A stretch of DNA of 64,000 nucleotides from an uncultured cyanobacterium (GCA_963793425.1 CAWCAG010000007.1:480001-544000); one strand, 5' to 3'; shown: positions 11,475 to 21,100, counted from the first letter of the stretch. A program made the numbers and translations. Notes: generated by a model from the sequence alone, not told the origin.

Positions 11475-12427
11475 TTAGCCGATTAGTTTCTGCCAACTTT
11501 GCGCTCCGATGATACCATCGACGGTTAAACCTTGGGACTGTTGATATTTTTCCACAGTTTTAGCTGTAGCTGGGCCATAAATACCGTCAGTTTCTGCTCC
11601 GACAAGATGCTGAATATATTTAACAGCTAAACCATCGGCATGGTTCATACGGAGTACAGGTTGAGCGAAAATACTTTTGATGGCATTCCACGTCGCTACA
11701 CCCGCAGCACCAGAATTACTAATACCCAAAGCAATATTAAATTTCTTAACGGCTGCTTCTGTAGCAGCATTCAAAAAACCAGTTTCTGCTAAAGGTTTTC
11801 CTTGCTCATCGGTAAATTTTAATTTGTTGAGGGATTTTTGTAATTCTAATAAACGAGGATCAGCACTTGGAGTTGTTGCCGCTTCTTGATTACTGTCCTC
11901 TGGGGAATTTTCAGTAGGATCTTGTCCTGTTAAACCCTTCACAATCGCATTAGCCATTAATTCCGCTACAAAAATATCCATATCTTTTTGGGAATCAATA
12001 AAACAGCCCTCCACGAGAATTCCAGGCATATGGGTATTTCTCACCACATATAAATGGGAACCATCCTTAACTTTGCGGTTGAAAAAACCTAAGCTAACGA
12101 TATTATCTAAAACCGGTTGAGCAATTCTTCTACCTGACTCACTAACGGCAAAAACCTCTGTACCATTGGCTTTACTGTTAAAGGCATTAAAATGCAGGGA
12201 GACGTAAAAGTCTACATTTTGAGAATTAGCCGTTTGTACTCTTTTTCTTAAAGAGTCAATTACGCTAGAAGCACGTTTAGGAGTGCAGTCAACGGTTTGG
12301 TGACCAAGTTTATTTAACTTGTCGATCACTTTTTGCCCACATCCTTAGTCAGATGATCTTCAAAAGCAAGGCCGTTTGCCCCTGTGTCAGGAGGGGCGTT
12401 GTGTCCCATATCAATACCAAATTTCAT
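11475..12427 (-). CDS. N-acetylmuramoyl-L-alanine amidase with PG-binding domains; one base missing at about 12330-12338 (probable sequencing error)
   Basis: ATG at 12427 gives MKFGIDMGHNAPPDTGANGLAFEDHLTKDVG; adding one base in GGGCAAAAAG joins it to ORF 11475..12329 (VIDKLNKLGH...). Confidence 0.85.
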
Positions 12428-12552
12428 GGTTATTCCTTTCTTGAAAAAGTAGACGCACTGAAGCTCTCCCAAGATAAATCATTTTTGGTTATTGGTCATT
12501 ACTTAAGGTAAGGGAGTGGGAAGTAGTGAAGAGTTATACTTTCTTGTTTTAT

Positions 12553-13219
12553 CAAAACAAAAAAAGGTTGAAAACCCCGCCGTTTTAGGGCGGATTCGTT
12601 GATTTTTTCAGGTACAATAAACATAATTTGCCAATAGCAACTGTTGCAACCAACATGAAAGCTAGATACAGATACAGATTTTACCCAAGCATTGAGCAAA
12701 AGCGGAAACTTGCTCAACTGTTTGGCTGTATCCGCGTCGTTTGGAACGATGCTCTAGCACTATGCAAAAACTTAGGCAAAGCATTAAACTACAACAAACT
12801 ATCTAGTCTGTTAACCATAGCCAAAAAGAGTGAAGAAAGAAAGTGGCTAAGAGATGTATCAGCAGTCCCCTTACAACAAACCTGAAGAAACCTAGCCGTA
12901 GAACTTTCTATTCGGGAATGGACTTGCTTAAATTGTGGTGCAGTTCATGACAGAGATGTTAACGCCGCCATAAATATACTGGTCGCGGGGGGACACCCTG
13001 AGACTTTAAAGCGCACCGAACCCGCGCCGCCGAAAGGCGCAAGGGAACGCGGAGCAAGAAACGGACGTGGAGGCAGGTGTAAGACTACTACTATAGCAGC
13101 AGCCAATGAAACGTCAACCCACTTAAAACCTGTTCAACTTTCGTTGTTTGGGTAGATGAGGAATCCCCGTCTCTAGCCTCCGGCAACCATAAGCGCGAAC
13201 AGAGCGGGGAGTATGTCAA
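12553..13219 (+). mobile_element. Non-autonomous, internally deleted IS200/IS605 (tnpB-only, IS1341-like) element
   Basis: Both ends are nearly identical to the 44252..45591 element; preceded by TTTAT and ends in TCAA; a tnpB 5' fragment with a TGA is joined to the tnpB 3' end. Confidence 0.92.
12655..13155 (+). pseudogene. tnpB: tnpB remnant with a nonsense codon and an internal deletion of about 0.75 kb
   Basis: MKARYRYRFYP...PLQQT* followed by [26 protein letters not shown]. Confidence 0.9.
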
Positions 13220-13223
13220 CTAA

Positions 13224-13694
13224 TTATTGTTGTTGTAAGCGAATCATTTCGCTTTGAATGCGCTTTTTTAATTGAGGATCTGCTTGAGCGCTATTGGTGA
13301 TAGCATTGAAAACGCTTACTTCTAAACCACTGTTGATCACAATTTGCCTAGAGCTATCACAGTAATTTTCTGCTATTTCCCTGACTTCTCTAGATAGTTT
13401 GCGTAGAGATTGGTTACAAGCAATATTGGGTACAGGTTGACCACTACCAATAATTTCTTTAATCTCTCTATAGGCCTGTTGGCGGCGGGCTTCCATGCCT
13501 AAAACAGCTCTGGCATAGCTTCTTAATTGGGCGTTAGTGTAGCTGTCTGCGTAGGCACTGGTACTAAAGTTAGCCCCCTGGCTAGTAATACTAGGTACAA
13601 CACCTAAACTAACCCCAGTAATAGCCAAGCCTGCAACAGCCAAAATACGGATACTTTTGTTTAACTTTAAGGAGAAATTAGGGAACATAAACAT
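13224..13694 (-). CDS. DUF4168-like exported protein (start uncertain; ORF extends to 13760)
   Basis: Signal-like hydrophobic segment, then YARAVLGME...YCDSSRQIV...FNAIT...DPQLKKRIQ. Confidence 0.7.
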   Translation of the reverse strand: MFMFPNFSLKLNKSIRILAVAGLAITGVSLGVVPSITSQGANFSTSAYADSYTNAQLRSYARAVLGMEARRQQAYREIKEIIGSGQPVPNIACNQSLRKLSREVREIAENYCDSSRQIVINSGLEVSVFNAITNSAQADPQLKKRIQSEMIRLQQQ

Positions 13695-13809
13695 ATTCAA
13701 AAGAAAAGAAATAACTGAGAATTGGTTTTTTAACGACTTAGATACATATGTTTGAACCATTTTTCCTCAAGTATGTTCCTGGTACATCTATCTAAGGGTT
13801 ATTAAGTAA

Positions 13810-14790
13810 TTACTTACAAATTTGGCATAGCTTGATCACCTGAGTTTGTAAGGTAGGTAAGGGAATTGCTCCTTTTTTGAGATTTACCTCTAACTCCAAC
13901 AAAGCAGGTAAAGTAGCTAATAATTTTTTTCCGGAAAGATGGCTAACTTCTTGACGCAGAAAGTAAATTCGTTTGGGGTTAGGAATTTCTGCTACAGTTG
14001 CGATCACCTTTTCATCTCGTTCGCCTTTTTCGAGCATCAGTTTAATAATTAACCAAGTGCGAAATTGTTTGGTGAGGGTGGCAATAATTCTTAAAGGAGG
14101 TTCATTACGATTAATTAACTCACTGACTAATTTTAAAGCTAGGGTTTGATGCCCTTTCCTAATGGCATTAGCTAATTCCAGGCTACTTTGGGTATGGGAA
14201 GTAACCAGATTGCTAACTATATTTAAAGCCAATGCTTGGGGCTGAGATTCCCCATAAAGCCGCAGTTTATCTAATTCTTGTTCCAACAGTCTGGTGTTAT
14301 TTCCCACCGCCTCAGCGAGAAATTCCTTGGCTTCAGGAGTTAATTTAACGCCATATTCTCCACAACTTTGTTTAACTCGATCAAGAATTTCTTCAGTTTT
14401 CCAAGGGGGAATGGTCGGAAAGGAGCGAATTTCGCCATACTTTTTCAGTAGTTTAGTCGCTTTTGCCCTACCATCAGGCTTCTTCGCGCTGGTTAACAAC
14501 AAATGAGAATTGTTAGGAATTTGAGGTAAAGTTCTTTCTAACTCAGCTAGTAAAGTTTCTGAACAATGCTGCCCTAAGTTGGTATCAGCCACCCAAACTA
14601 AACGCCCTCCCACACCAAAAGCAGGAGTCATAGCTTGATTAAGCCCTTCTACCGTCGTTTGAGAACCATCTTCAGGTATCTTGGTATAGTTAAACTGGCT
14701 CCAATTAGGATCGAGGACTTTTTGCCGTAGTTGGTCTACAGCTTTCCCCATCATATAGTCGTCTTCTCCCCAGAAAAAGTAAAGTGGCAT
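13810..14790 (-). CDS. holA: DNA polymerase III subunit delta
   Basis: MPLYFFWGEDDY start; AMTPAFGVGGRLVW, ELDKL and EPPLRIIATL motifs. Confidence 0.92.
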   Translation of the reverse strand: MPLYFFWGEDDYMMGKAVDQLRQKVLDPNWSQFNYTKIPEDGSQTTVEGLNQAMTPAFGVGGRLVWVADTNLGQHCSETLLAELERTLPQIPNNSHLLLTSAKKPDGRAKATKLLKKYGEIRSFPTIPPWKTEEILDRVKQSCGEYGVKLTPEAKEFLAEAVGNNTRLLEQELDKLRLYGESQPQALALNIVSNLVTSHTQSSLELANAIRKGHQTLALKLVSELINRNEPPLRIIATLTKQFRTWLIIKLMLEKGERDEKVIATVAEIPNPKRIYFLRQEVSHLSGKKLLATLPALLELEVNLKKGAIPLPTLQTQVIKLCQICK

Positions 14791-15003
14791 TTTATCTAGC
14801 TAAAGCTACAATAATTAAGCTGGATTATTCCCCTAGTTCCCTCGCTTCCTAGCACCTTAGCTCAAAAAGCGCTCAAGGTAAAAAACCGAGGTTTGTTAAA
14901 CTCCTTACTTCCTTTATGAAAATTAAGTGCGGCTTGAGCAAATTTTGTCTATCTTAGTTCTTATGATGAAAATATATATTGTACTGGGGGAGGCAAATTA
15001 AGG

Positions 15004-15777
15004 TTGGACGAAACATATCAAACTTATCTTAACCGCGTAGCAAAGTTAACTAGACCTGCTAGTCAACGTTCTCAACTGGAGAATATGCAACAGTCTCCTA
15101 AGTTTAAAGAGGGGAAAGTACAGCCCTTTCCTGGTTATAGCGTTGTTAACCTGCCTGCTGCTGAAGATTCAGAAAACACAGCTTTCTATAATTTTTTGCA
15201 ATCTTACCAACAGCAGTTAGTAGATAAATTCCCTGAAGGGTTAGTTGTCCCTGTACCACCAGAAAGTTTTCATCTTACCTTAGCTGATTTAATTTGGGAT
15301 AGCAGCTTTCAAGATGCGGTGGCGCAGAATGAAGCTTTTGAGAGTCGCTTAAAAAGTTCTATAGCAACTAGCTTTGAGCAGTACAAACAGGCTAAGTTTG
15401 AGAGCAAACCATCATGCTGGCAGTTGTTAGGTTTAGCAATTAGACCTAGAGCAATTTTTGTGGCCTTAGTTCCCCAAGATGAAGCAACCTATCGTCGTGT
15501 CCTCGCTTTACGTCGTTCTGTTTACCAAAATTCTCAATTGATTGGTTTGGGTATTGAACAGCAATATTTATTTACGGCCCATATTACTTTGGGCTATTTC
15601 GGCAAAATAGTCTCTGGCTTAGATCGAGAAAAGTTAGCTGCTACTTTAGCTAGTTTAGATGAACAGTTGCTGGAGAGTGAGCTACCAACTTTAGCGATTA
15701 ACCAGTTGCAGTTACGTAAGTACGATAACATGACGCGCTTTTATCGAGAAGCGGACTTTCCTATTTTAGAGCTTTGA
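15004..15777 (+). CDS. DUF1868 / 2H-phosphoesterase-like protein
   Basis: Two HxT motifs (FHLTLADL, AHITLGYF); PFPGYSV. Confidence 0.75.
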   Translation: MDETYQTYLNRVAKLTRPASQRSQLENMQQSPKFKEGKVQPFPGYSVVNLPAAEDSENTAFYNFLQSYQQQLVDKFPEGLVVPVPPESFHLTLADLIWDSSFQDAVAQNEAFESRLKSSIATSFEQYKQAKFESKPSCWQLLGLAIRPRAIFVALVPQDEATYRRVLALRRSVYQNSQLIGLGIEQQYLFTAHITLGYFGKIVSGLDREKLAATLASLDEQLLESELPTLAINQLQLRKYDNMTRFYREADFPILEL

Positions 15778-16400
15778 AACCCCTTAATCATCCTATTGTA
15801 GAAGAAAGTTTCGCCATTATCGACAAAGAAATTTGCCACCATAACTTCACCCCTGCTGAGTATAGAATTGCCCGCCGAGTTATTCATGCTACAGCAGATT
15901 TTGAGTTTGCTCAGTTGCTACAATTTAGTGCTGGGGCGATCGCCTCTGGAATTGCTGCTGTCGCTAACCAAGTTCCTATTGTTACCGATGTATCTATGGT
16001 GCAACAGGGTATTGCAAGTATGGTAAACAAAACCTATGGTAACCCAATTATAAGTGCCGTAGCCCAAGCTGAGGTAGCAACCCCCGGAAAGACAAGGACA
16101 GAAACTGGCTTAGAGAAATGTTGGCAAAAATATCCCCAAGCTATTTATGTTATTGGTAATGCACCGACGGCTTTATTGGCACTTTGCCACTTAATAACCA
16201 AAGCTAAAGTTAAGCCAGCTTTGGTTATTGGGGTTCCTGTAGGTTTTGTTTCTGTAATTGAAGCCAAACAAGTATTAGCAAATACTAATGTAGAACAAAT
16301 TTTAGTTACAGGGCGCAAAGGGGGTTCCCCCACCGCCTCGGCAATAGTTAATGCTTTGTTGGTTTTAGCATGGGAAAACTATGCCAATGAGTCTTCGTAG
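15774..16400 (+). CDS. cobH: Precorrin-8X / cobalt-precorrin-8 methylmutase
   Basis: RRVIHATADF, IGNAPTAL, GVPVGFV and GRKGGS motifs. Confidence 0.93.
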   Translation: MKPLNHPIVEESFAIIDKEICHHNFTPAEYRIARRVIHATADFEFAQLLQFSAGAIASGIAAVANQVPIVTDVSMVQQGIASMVNKTYGNPIISAVAQAEVATPGKTRTETGLEKCWQKYPQAIYVIGNAPTALLALCHLITKAKVKPALVIGVPVGFVSVIEAKQVLANTNVEQILVTGRKGGSPTASAIVNALLVLAWENYANESS

Positions 16401-16457
16401 GGGTGGGTTTTCGTACTTATTGATGATTATCTAAAATATTGATAAACCCGTCCTTAC
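16397..16457. repeat. GTAG-type REP-like inverted repeat between convergent genes
   Basis: GTAGGGGTGGGTTT (16397-16410) ... AAACCCGTCCTTAC (16444-16457). Confidence 0.7.
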
Positions 16458-18247
16458 TAAGTTTTTGCTGCTGATTGAATGGATTTTAAAATGCCGTCTT
16501 CTAATTGATAAATTGCTGCCATAATTCCATTTTCTGGATTAGTTAACAAAGATTTTTTAACATTACCTAAATAGTCAATAATGTTCCGTCGTAAAATAGG
16601 CCTTTCTACTTTAACTGTGTGATTATAATCCCAAATATCCCAAACGAGAATCCCAATCCCCACAATAGGATCAATCATACTTGCCCCCAACTCTGCCCCC
16701 ACTGCACTACCAGTTTTTGCCGCTAATTTAGAAGCAGCTTTTCCAGCGAATTTGGCACTAATTTTACTACCAACTTTCCCGGCAAAACTAATGATTAAAG
16801 GTTTAGCTAATAAGTAACCTCCTCCTCCCACTAAAGCTTTTAGAGATAAGTTAGAAATGTTGCCATCGGTATCATTAACGGTGGTGGAAATATCGCTGAG
16901 GTAGCGATTCCATTGCCCTTGAGGGATTTTATAGCTACTTTTAACTTTATCAATATTGTCCCCTAGTTCAGCTAAATATAAATTAACGGTTTCTGTGGTT
17001 AAAACTTCTAATTTTATTTGAGCATTTTTGGGTAACAGCACTCGTTTCGCAAACTCTTTTTGGAAGTTTTTGGTTAGCTTCATGGCTACAGCTTCTTGAG
17101 GAGTAAGCTCACGAAAGTTTAGTTTATGTAACACAGAAGAAGATAGCCAGGTAAATGGTGTGGAAAACTCAATCTTTTTTTGATTTATATAACCAAAATA
17201 CCAATCTAAAAAGTTATCTACACGAGGGATAAGTTCTTGTTGCCATTCATCTAATTCTTGAGAGGCAAACTCTTCAGCCGTTACCTCTGCATCCTTAACC
17301 GCTACTACAACTGCCTCATTTAGTTGGTCTAGTTTAGGGCGAGGCTTAACCACAACTATGGGGTTAGGTTCGGTTAGTTTCTGAGTTGCTGTAACCCCTT
17401 CTGAAGAAACAATTAAAAATCTGCCGACTAAAGGAATAATTACCAATAAAATTACTGCTGCCCAAATAAAAGGAGCAACGGATTTAATAAATTGACTTAA
17501 GGCTTTGATACGTTCTGTTTTTTGTTCGTAGTTAGCAGTTTTTTCTGGTTTATTTGCTTTTTCTTCTGGTTTTGTAGCAGGAGTCATTTGAGGCGTTTTG
17601 CTTTCTTCTTTAACTACAGAAGCTGGCATGACTTTATTGTTTTTTTGAGGCGGTGGCTCTGCTTGAGAAGAAGAAGCCTCATTAAACCGCGCGGCAACTA
17701 ACTCTTTACCTAAAAGTATTTGTTCCTCGCCGCTATCTCCTTGTAACCAAACCACAGGAGAAGTAAAATTATGACCTTTAATATTTAACTCTAAGTTACG
17801 AAAAACATATTCTACTGTCCCTTTAATTCCTTGGGCTAATAAAGTTTGTTCTTGCTTAACTAAATCAAATCCTAATTGTTTACCTATTTGATGGGGAATA
17901 ACAGTAAAGTCTGCTCCCGCCCCCATAACCATAGAAGCCGAAGTCACCTTATTTTTATGTTTAAGATTAACTTGGTAACTAGGCAACCATTTATCAGTAC
18001 TAACTTCTCGTAAGCTAATCGGTAAACCAGAAAGAGAATCAAGGTTTTGGGGCAGAAAATAAATAGCAAAATTCTGCCGTGAACATTTAGCTAATTCAAA
18101 AGCTTCTTGCCAATCTTGACTGTGGGCAATTACCCCTTTAGTGTTATAAGCAATATATTGATTTCCATAACTATCAAGCTTCTGGCGGTTACGATTAAGC
18201 CAGTTAAGCAGGGCATATTTTTCCTGGGCTGATGATTTCTTCTGCAT
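16457..18247 (-). CDS. Fusion protein: DUF5678-like domain, degenerate retropepsin-like domain, linker, TM helix and helical C-terminal domain
   Basis: YGNQYIAYNTKGVIAHS (DUF5678-like); MVMGAGADFTVI...GTVEYV...ILLGKE (retropepsin fold lacking the D of DSG); TM segment FIWAAVILLVIIPLV. Confidence 0.6.
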   Translation of the reverse strand: MQKKSSAQEKYALLNWLNRNRQKLDSYGNQYIAYNTKGVIAHSQDWQEAFELAKCSRQNFAIYFLPQNLDSLSGLPISLREVSTDKWLPSYQVNLKHKNKVTSASMVMGAGADFTVIPHQIGKQLGFDLVKQEQTLLAQGIKGTVEYVFRNLELNIKGHNFTSPVVWLQGDSGEEQILLGKELVAARFNEASSSQAEPPPQKNNKVMPASVVKEESKTPQMTPATKPEEKANKPEKTANYEQKTERIKALSQFIKSVAPFIWAAVILLVIIPLVGRFLIVSSEGVTATQKLTEPNPIVVVKPRPKLDQLNEAVVVAVKDAEVTAEEFASQELDEWQQELIPRVDNFLDWYFGYINQKKIEFSTPFTWLSSSVLHKLNFRELTPQEAVAMKLTKNFQKEFAKRVLLPKNAQIKLEVLTTETVNLYLAELGDNIDKVKSSYKIPQGQWNRYLSDISTTVNDTDGNISNLSLKALVGGGGYLLAKPLIISFAGKVGSKISAKFAGKAASKLAAKTGSAVGAELGASMIDPIVGIGILVWDIWDYNHTVKVERPILRRNIIDYLGNVKKSLLTNPENGIMAAIYQLEDGILKSIQSAAKT

Positions 18248-18310
18248 ATATTTGCCAACCTGCAACAGGTCAAGAACATTCCCAACTTATTACCTATTAC
18301 TTATTACTTA

Positions 18311-18874
18311 TTAAAAATCATTAGTCTTAGGCGGAGGACCAACTGTTCCCGAAGGATTGGCAAATAAGTTATCACCAGCTTCATTCTGATAAATACAATC
18401 AATCTCTGGTTTACTATCCAAACTACCAATAAAACCGAAAGTATTAAGACGCTGCTTACAATCGCGAACTTGGTTTGTGGTAACTAGCTTTTTCTGCTCC
18501 AAAATTGACCAGTTATTGCGGCGTAGAACACAACCTGGTTGGACAATCGGCTGAGTTACATAAACGTGGAAAGGGTTGAGAGTAACAAAAACCTTTGTAT
18601 CCGTAACAATAGCACTAGCTCCATACTGTACACACAGTTCAGCATTTGGGGCGCTGCGATCAATTGTTTCGCTAGAAGTTATGTTTTCTACCCCGAAACT
18701 AGTAGCAGTACTAAAGAAAATGCCAATACCAATACCGAGAATAAAGATACCTCCTATAATTGCCATAGCTGCGTAGCTTAAGCCAAAGGGTAAAGCAGGA
18801 GAAGAATTCCTTGTTGGTGTTGGTTCTCTGTCTCTATAGTCTCTAGGAGGAGAATAGGGAGGTCTACGTCTCAT
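18311..18874 (-). CDS. DUF3172 family cyanobacterial membrane protein
   Basis: GIFILGIGIGI TM segment; CVQYGASAIV...QPGCVLRRNNW. Confidence 0.8.
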   Translation of the reverse strand: MRRRPPYSPPRDYRDREPTPTRNSSPALPFGLSYAAMAIIGGIFILGIGIGIFFSTATSFGVENITSSETIDRSAPNAELCVQYGASAIVTDTKVFVTLNPFHVYVTQPIVQPGCVLRRNNWSILEQKKLVTTNQVRDCKQRLNTFGFIGSLDSKPEIDCIYQNEAGDNLFANPSGTVGPPPKTNDF

Positions 18875-18944
18875 ATTGGCTCAGGTTATTTCTAAGGCTA
18901 CTTACTATTGTAGTGATTTTTATTAAAGCGGATTTGGTATTAAG

Positions 18945-18979
18945 AAAAAAAACCGCTTTAATAAAAATCAAAGCGGTTT
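18945..18979 (-). terminator. Rho-independent terminator
   Basis: AAACCGCTTT/AAAGCGGTTT stem followed by a U-tract on the minus strand. Confidence 0.75.
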
Positions 18980-19025
18980 AGCTCATCCAGGTCAACATCT
19001 CTATAGAGTTCTCTGTGTAAAAGAA
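18945..19025 (-). ncRNA. Candidate sRNA of about 80 nt
   Basis: Minus-strand -10 box CATAAT (19031-19036), no ORF, and an intrinsic terminator at 18945-18979. Confidence 0.55.
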
Positions 19026-19052
19026 GAGATATTATGCAAAACCTGGGTTTTT

Positions 19053-19070
19053 GTTACATAACTTTACAAA
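19053..19070. promoter_or_regulatory. HLR1 (RpaB-binding) motif, overlapping an imperfect NtcA box
   Basis: GTTACATA-AC-TTTACAAA fits (G/T)TTACA(T/A)(T/A)-N2-(G/T)TTACA(T/A)(T/A); the minus strand reads GTA-N8-TAA. Confidence 0.7.
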
Positions 19071-19209
19071 ACAACTTGCTTGGAAGATCATTTTTTTACC
19101 GACGGGACTTCAACAAAGACAGCTTAATCTTTTGATTACCCTGGTTTTACCTAAGTAGTTTAGATTACATCTAGACCGCAACATTACCAACTGCAACCCT
19201 TTCTTAACT

Positions 19210-19812
19210 ATGCCCTTAACCTACCAAGAGACACCCAGAAGAACTATTAAAGAAGCCGGTGAAGAACGTAGATTATATTTTTATGAAAAGGGAGAAGAAA
19301 TACCTTTAGCTGCTCAAGGTGTTTGGCAAATTTATCGAGGTTTGGTACAGTTCAGCACTTTTTATCCTAATGGAGAAGAAGTGCTTTTGGGCTGGGCTAA
19401 ACCTGCTAATTTCTTTGGAGCCTGGCTAACCAGTTTGCCAACTTATCAAGCCACAGCTTTATCTGATGTTTACTTGCGTTGGTACTCCCTGATTGAAATA
19501 GAAACTTCTCCCCGTTTAGCTCAAACTATGTTGAGACAAATGGGACAGAGAATTCGTCATGGAGAAATGTTGCTGGCGATCGCCGGACAAAGAAAAGTGG
19601 AAGATCGTTTGCGCCAGTTGCTAATTTTTCTACAAAAAGAAATGAGCGAACCCACCGAAGAAGGGGATCGCCTCTTATTGCGCTTAACCCATCAAAATAT
19701 TGCTAATGCCATTGGTACAACAAGAGTGACGGTGACTAGATTGCTAGGAGATTTTCAACGCCAGGGCAAGATTAAATTAGACCAAGATCGCCATATAATC
19801 GTTAAGTCTTAG
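19210..19812 (+). CDS. Crp/Fnr family transcriptional regulator (CysR-like)
   Basis: C-terminal HTH LTHQNIANAIGTTRVTVTRLL. Confidence 0.9.
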   Translation: MPLTYQETPRRTIKEAGEERRLYFYEKGEEIPLAAQGVWQIYRGLVQFSTFYPNGEEVLLGWAKPANFFGAWLTSLPTYQATALSDVYLRWYSLIEIETSPRLAQTMLRQMGQRIRHGEMLLAIAGQRKVEDRLRQLLIFLQKEMSEPTEEGDRLLLRLTHQNIANAIGTTRVTVTRLLGDFQRQGKIKLDQDRHIIVKS

Positions 19813-19862
19813 CTAAACAAAAAGCTATAACTGAGATAACTCTTGTTTGTCAGGGTCGCTCT

Positions 19863-21009
19863 ATGGCTAATTTCTCAGTTAAGAAGCTTGCTATTTTGAT
19901 TAATCCACAAGGAAGTAGCGGAGTTCCAGGGGGAATATGTGTTGTTGTCAGCAAGTTACTTCAAGGACTGGCAGCGCAAAATTTTGACCTTGATTTAGTT
20001 GTCCATTCCCACGAAGCAATAAAATTATTTCCTGATCTACCTCAACAAGTTAGAGTTATCAACTTAAATACCCCGTTTCAAGTCAGGTTTAAGAGTGCAA
20101 TTAAAATTATTCCTCCTTTATTAAAGTATTTAAGAGCAGAAAAACCTGATGTCTTAATTTGCCACCTGACCTTAGTTAATTATTTAACTGTTATAGCTCG
20201 TTTATTAGCTAGAGTTCCTACCTATTTAGTCTTAGTAGAACATTTCCCTTTTTTAGAACTGCAAAAGAATCAGGCAAAACTAAATCCCTTAAAAGCACCA
20301 CTCAAGATGATGCAACGCTGGCTTTATCTTCAAGCTGATGCTATTGTTGCTGTTTCTGAAGGTGTCGCTAAATCCATTTGAAGCAGGTTTAAACTTAAAT
20401 CCTGGTTCTGTGCAAGTAATTTATAATCCGGTGGTTAATGAAAAATTACGGCATAAAGCTCAAAAGCCATTAGAACATCCTTGGTTTGCAGAACATCAAC
20501 CTCCTGTTATTTTAGCTGTGGGAAGGTTGTTACCACCAAAAGACTTTGATACTCTTATACAAGCTTTTGCCCAATTAAGAAAAAAACGCCCTCTACGACT
20601 CTTGATTTTAGGTGAAGGAAAACTGCGTTCAGCATTAGAATCTTTAATTGATAATTTGGGTATAAAGGCAGATGTTTCTTTACCGGGTTACACTGACAAT
20701 CCTTATGGCTATATGACGAAAGCAGGGGTATTTGTTCTCTCTTCACATTTTGAAGGATTGCCAACAGTGATTATTGAAGCCCTAACTTGTAACTGTCAAG
20801 TTGTGGCTACAGATTGTCCCTATGGCCCCCAAGAAATTTTGGCGAATGGAGAGTTTGGGCATTTAGTACCTGTAGGAGATGTGACAGCTTTGGCTTCAGC
20901 AATCGAGTTAGCTTTGGATCAACCAATCAATATCGAAAAGTTAAAGCAAAGAAGTGAGAATTTTACTGTCTTGAGTTCAGTTGATGCTTATTTAAAATTA
21001 TTTGCTTAA
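19863..21009 (+). CDS. GT4 glycosyltransferase; one extra base at about 20374-20379 (probable sequencing error)
   Basis: The N-half ends AVSEGVAKS and the C-half carries VIYNPV, AVGRLLPPKDF and SHFEGLPTVIIEA; removing one base from CCATTT joins them. Confidence 0.85.
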
Positions 21010-21011
21010 TT

Positions 21012-21043
21012 AAAAAAAGAGAGAGAAGATTTTCTTCTCTCTC
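21012..21043 (-). terminator. Rho-independent terminator between convergent genes
   Basis: A7 tract plus GAGAGAGAAGA/TCTTCTCTCTC stem. Confidence 0.7.
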
Positions 21044-21100
21044 AACAACTTCCTTTATTACTACTTGTTTAAGCAGACTAAGTAATCTGCAACATAATTG

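Noticed and set aside
8743..12427. Prophage lysis cassette
   Set aside because: No holin, structural, integrase or other phage genes flank the amidases.
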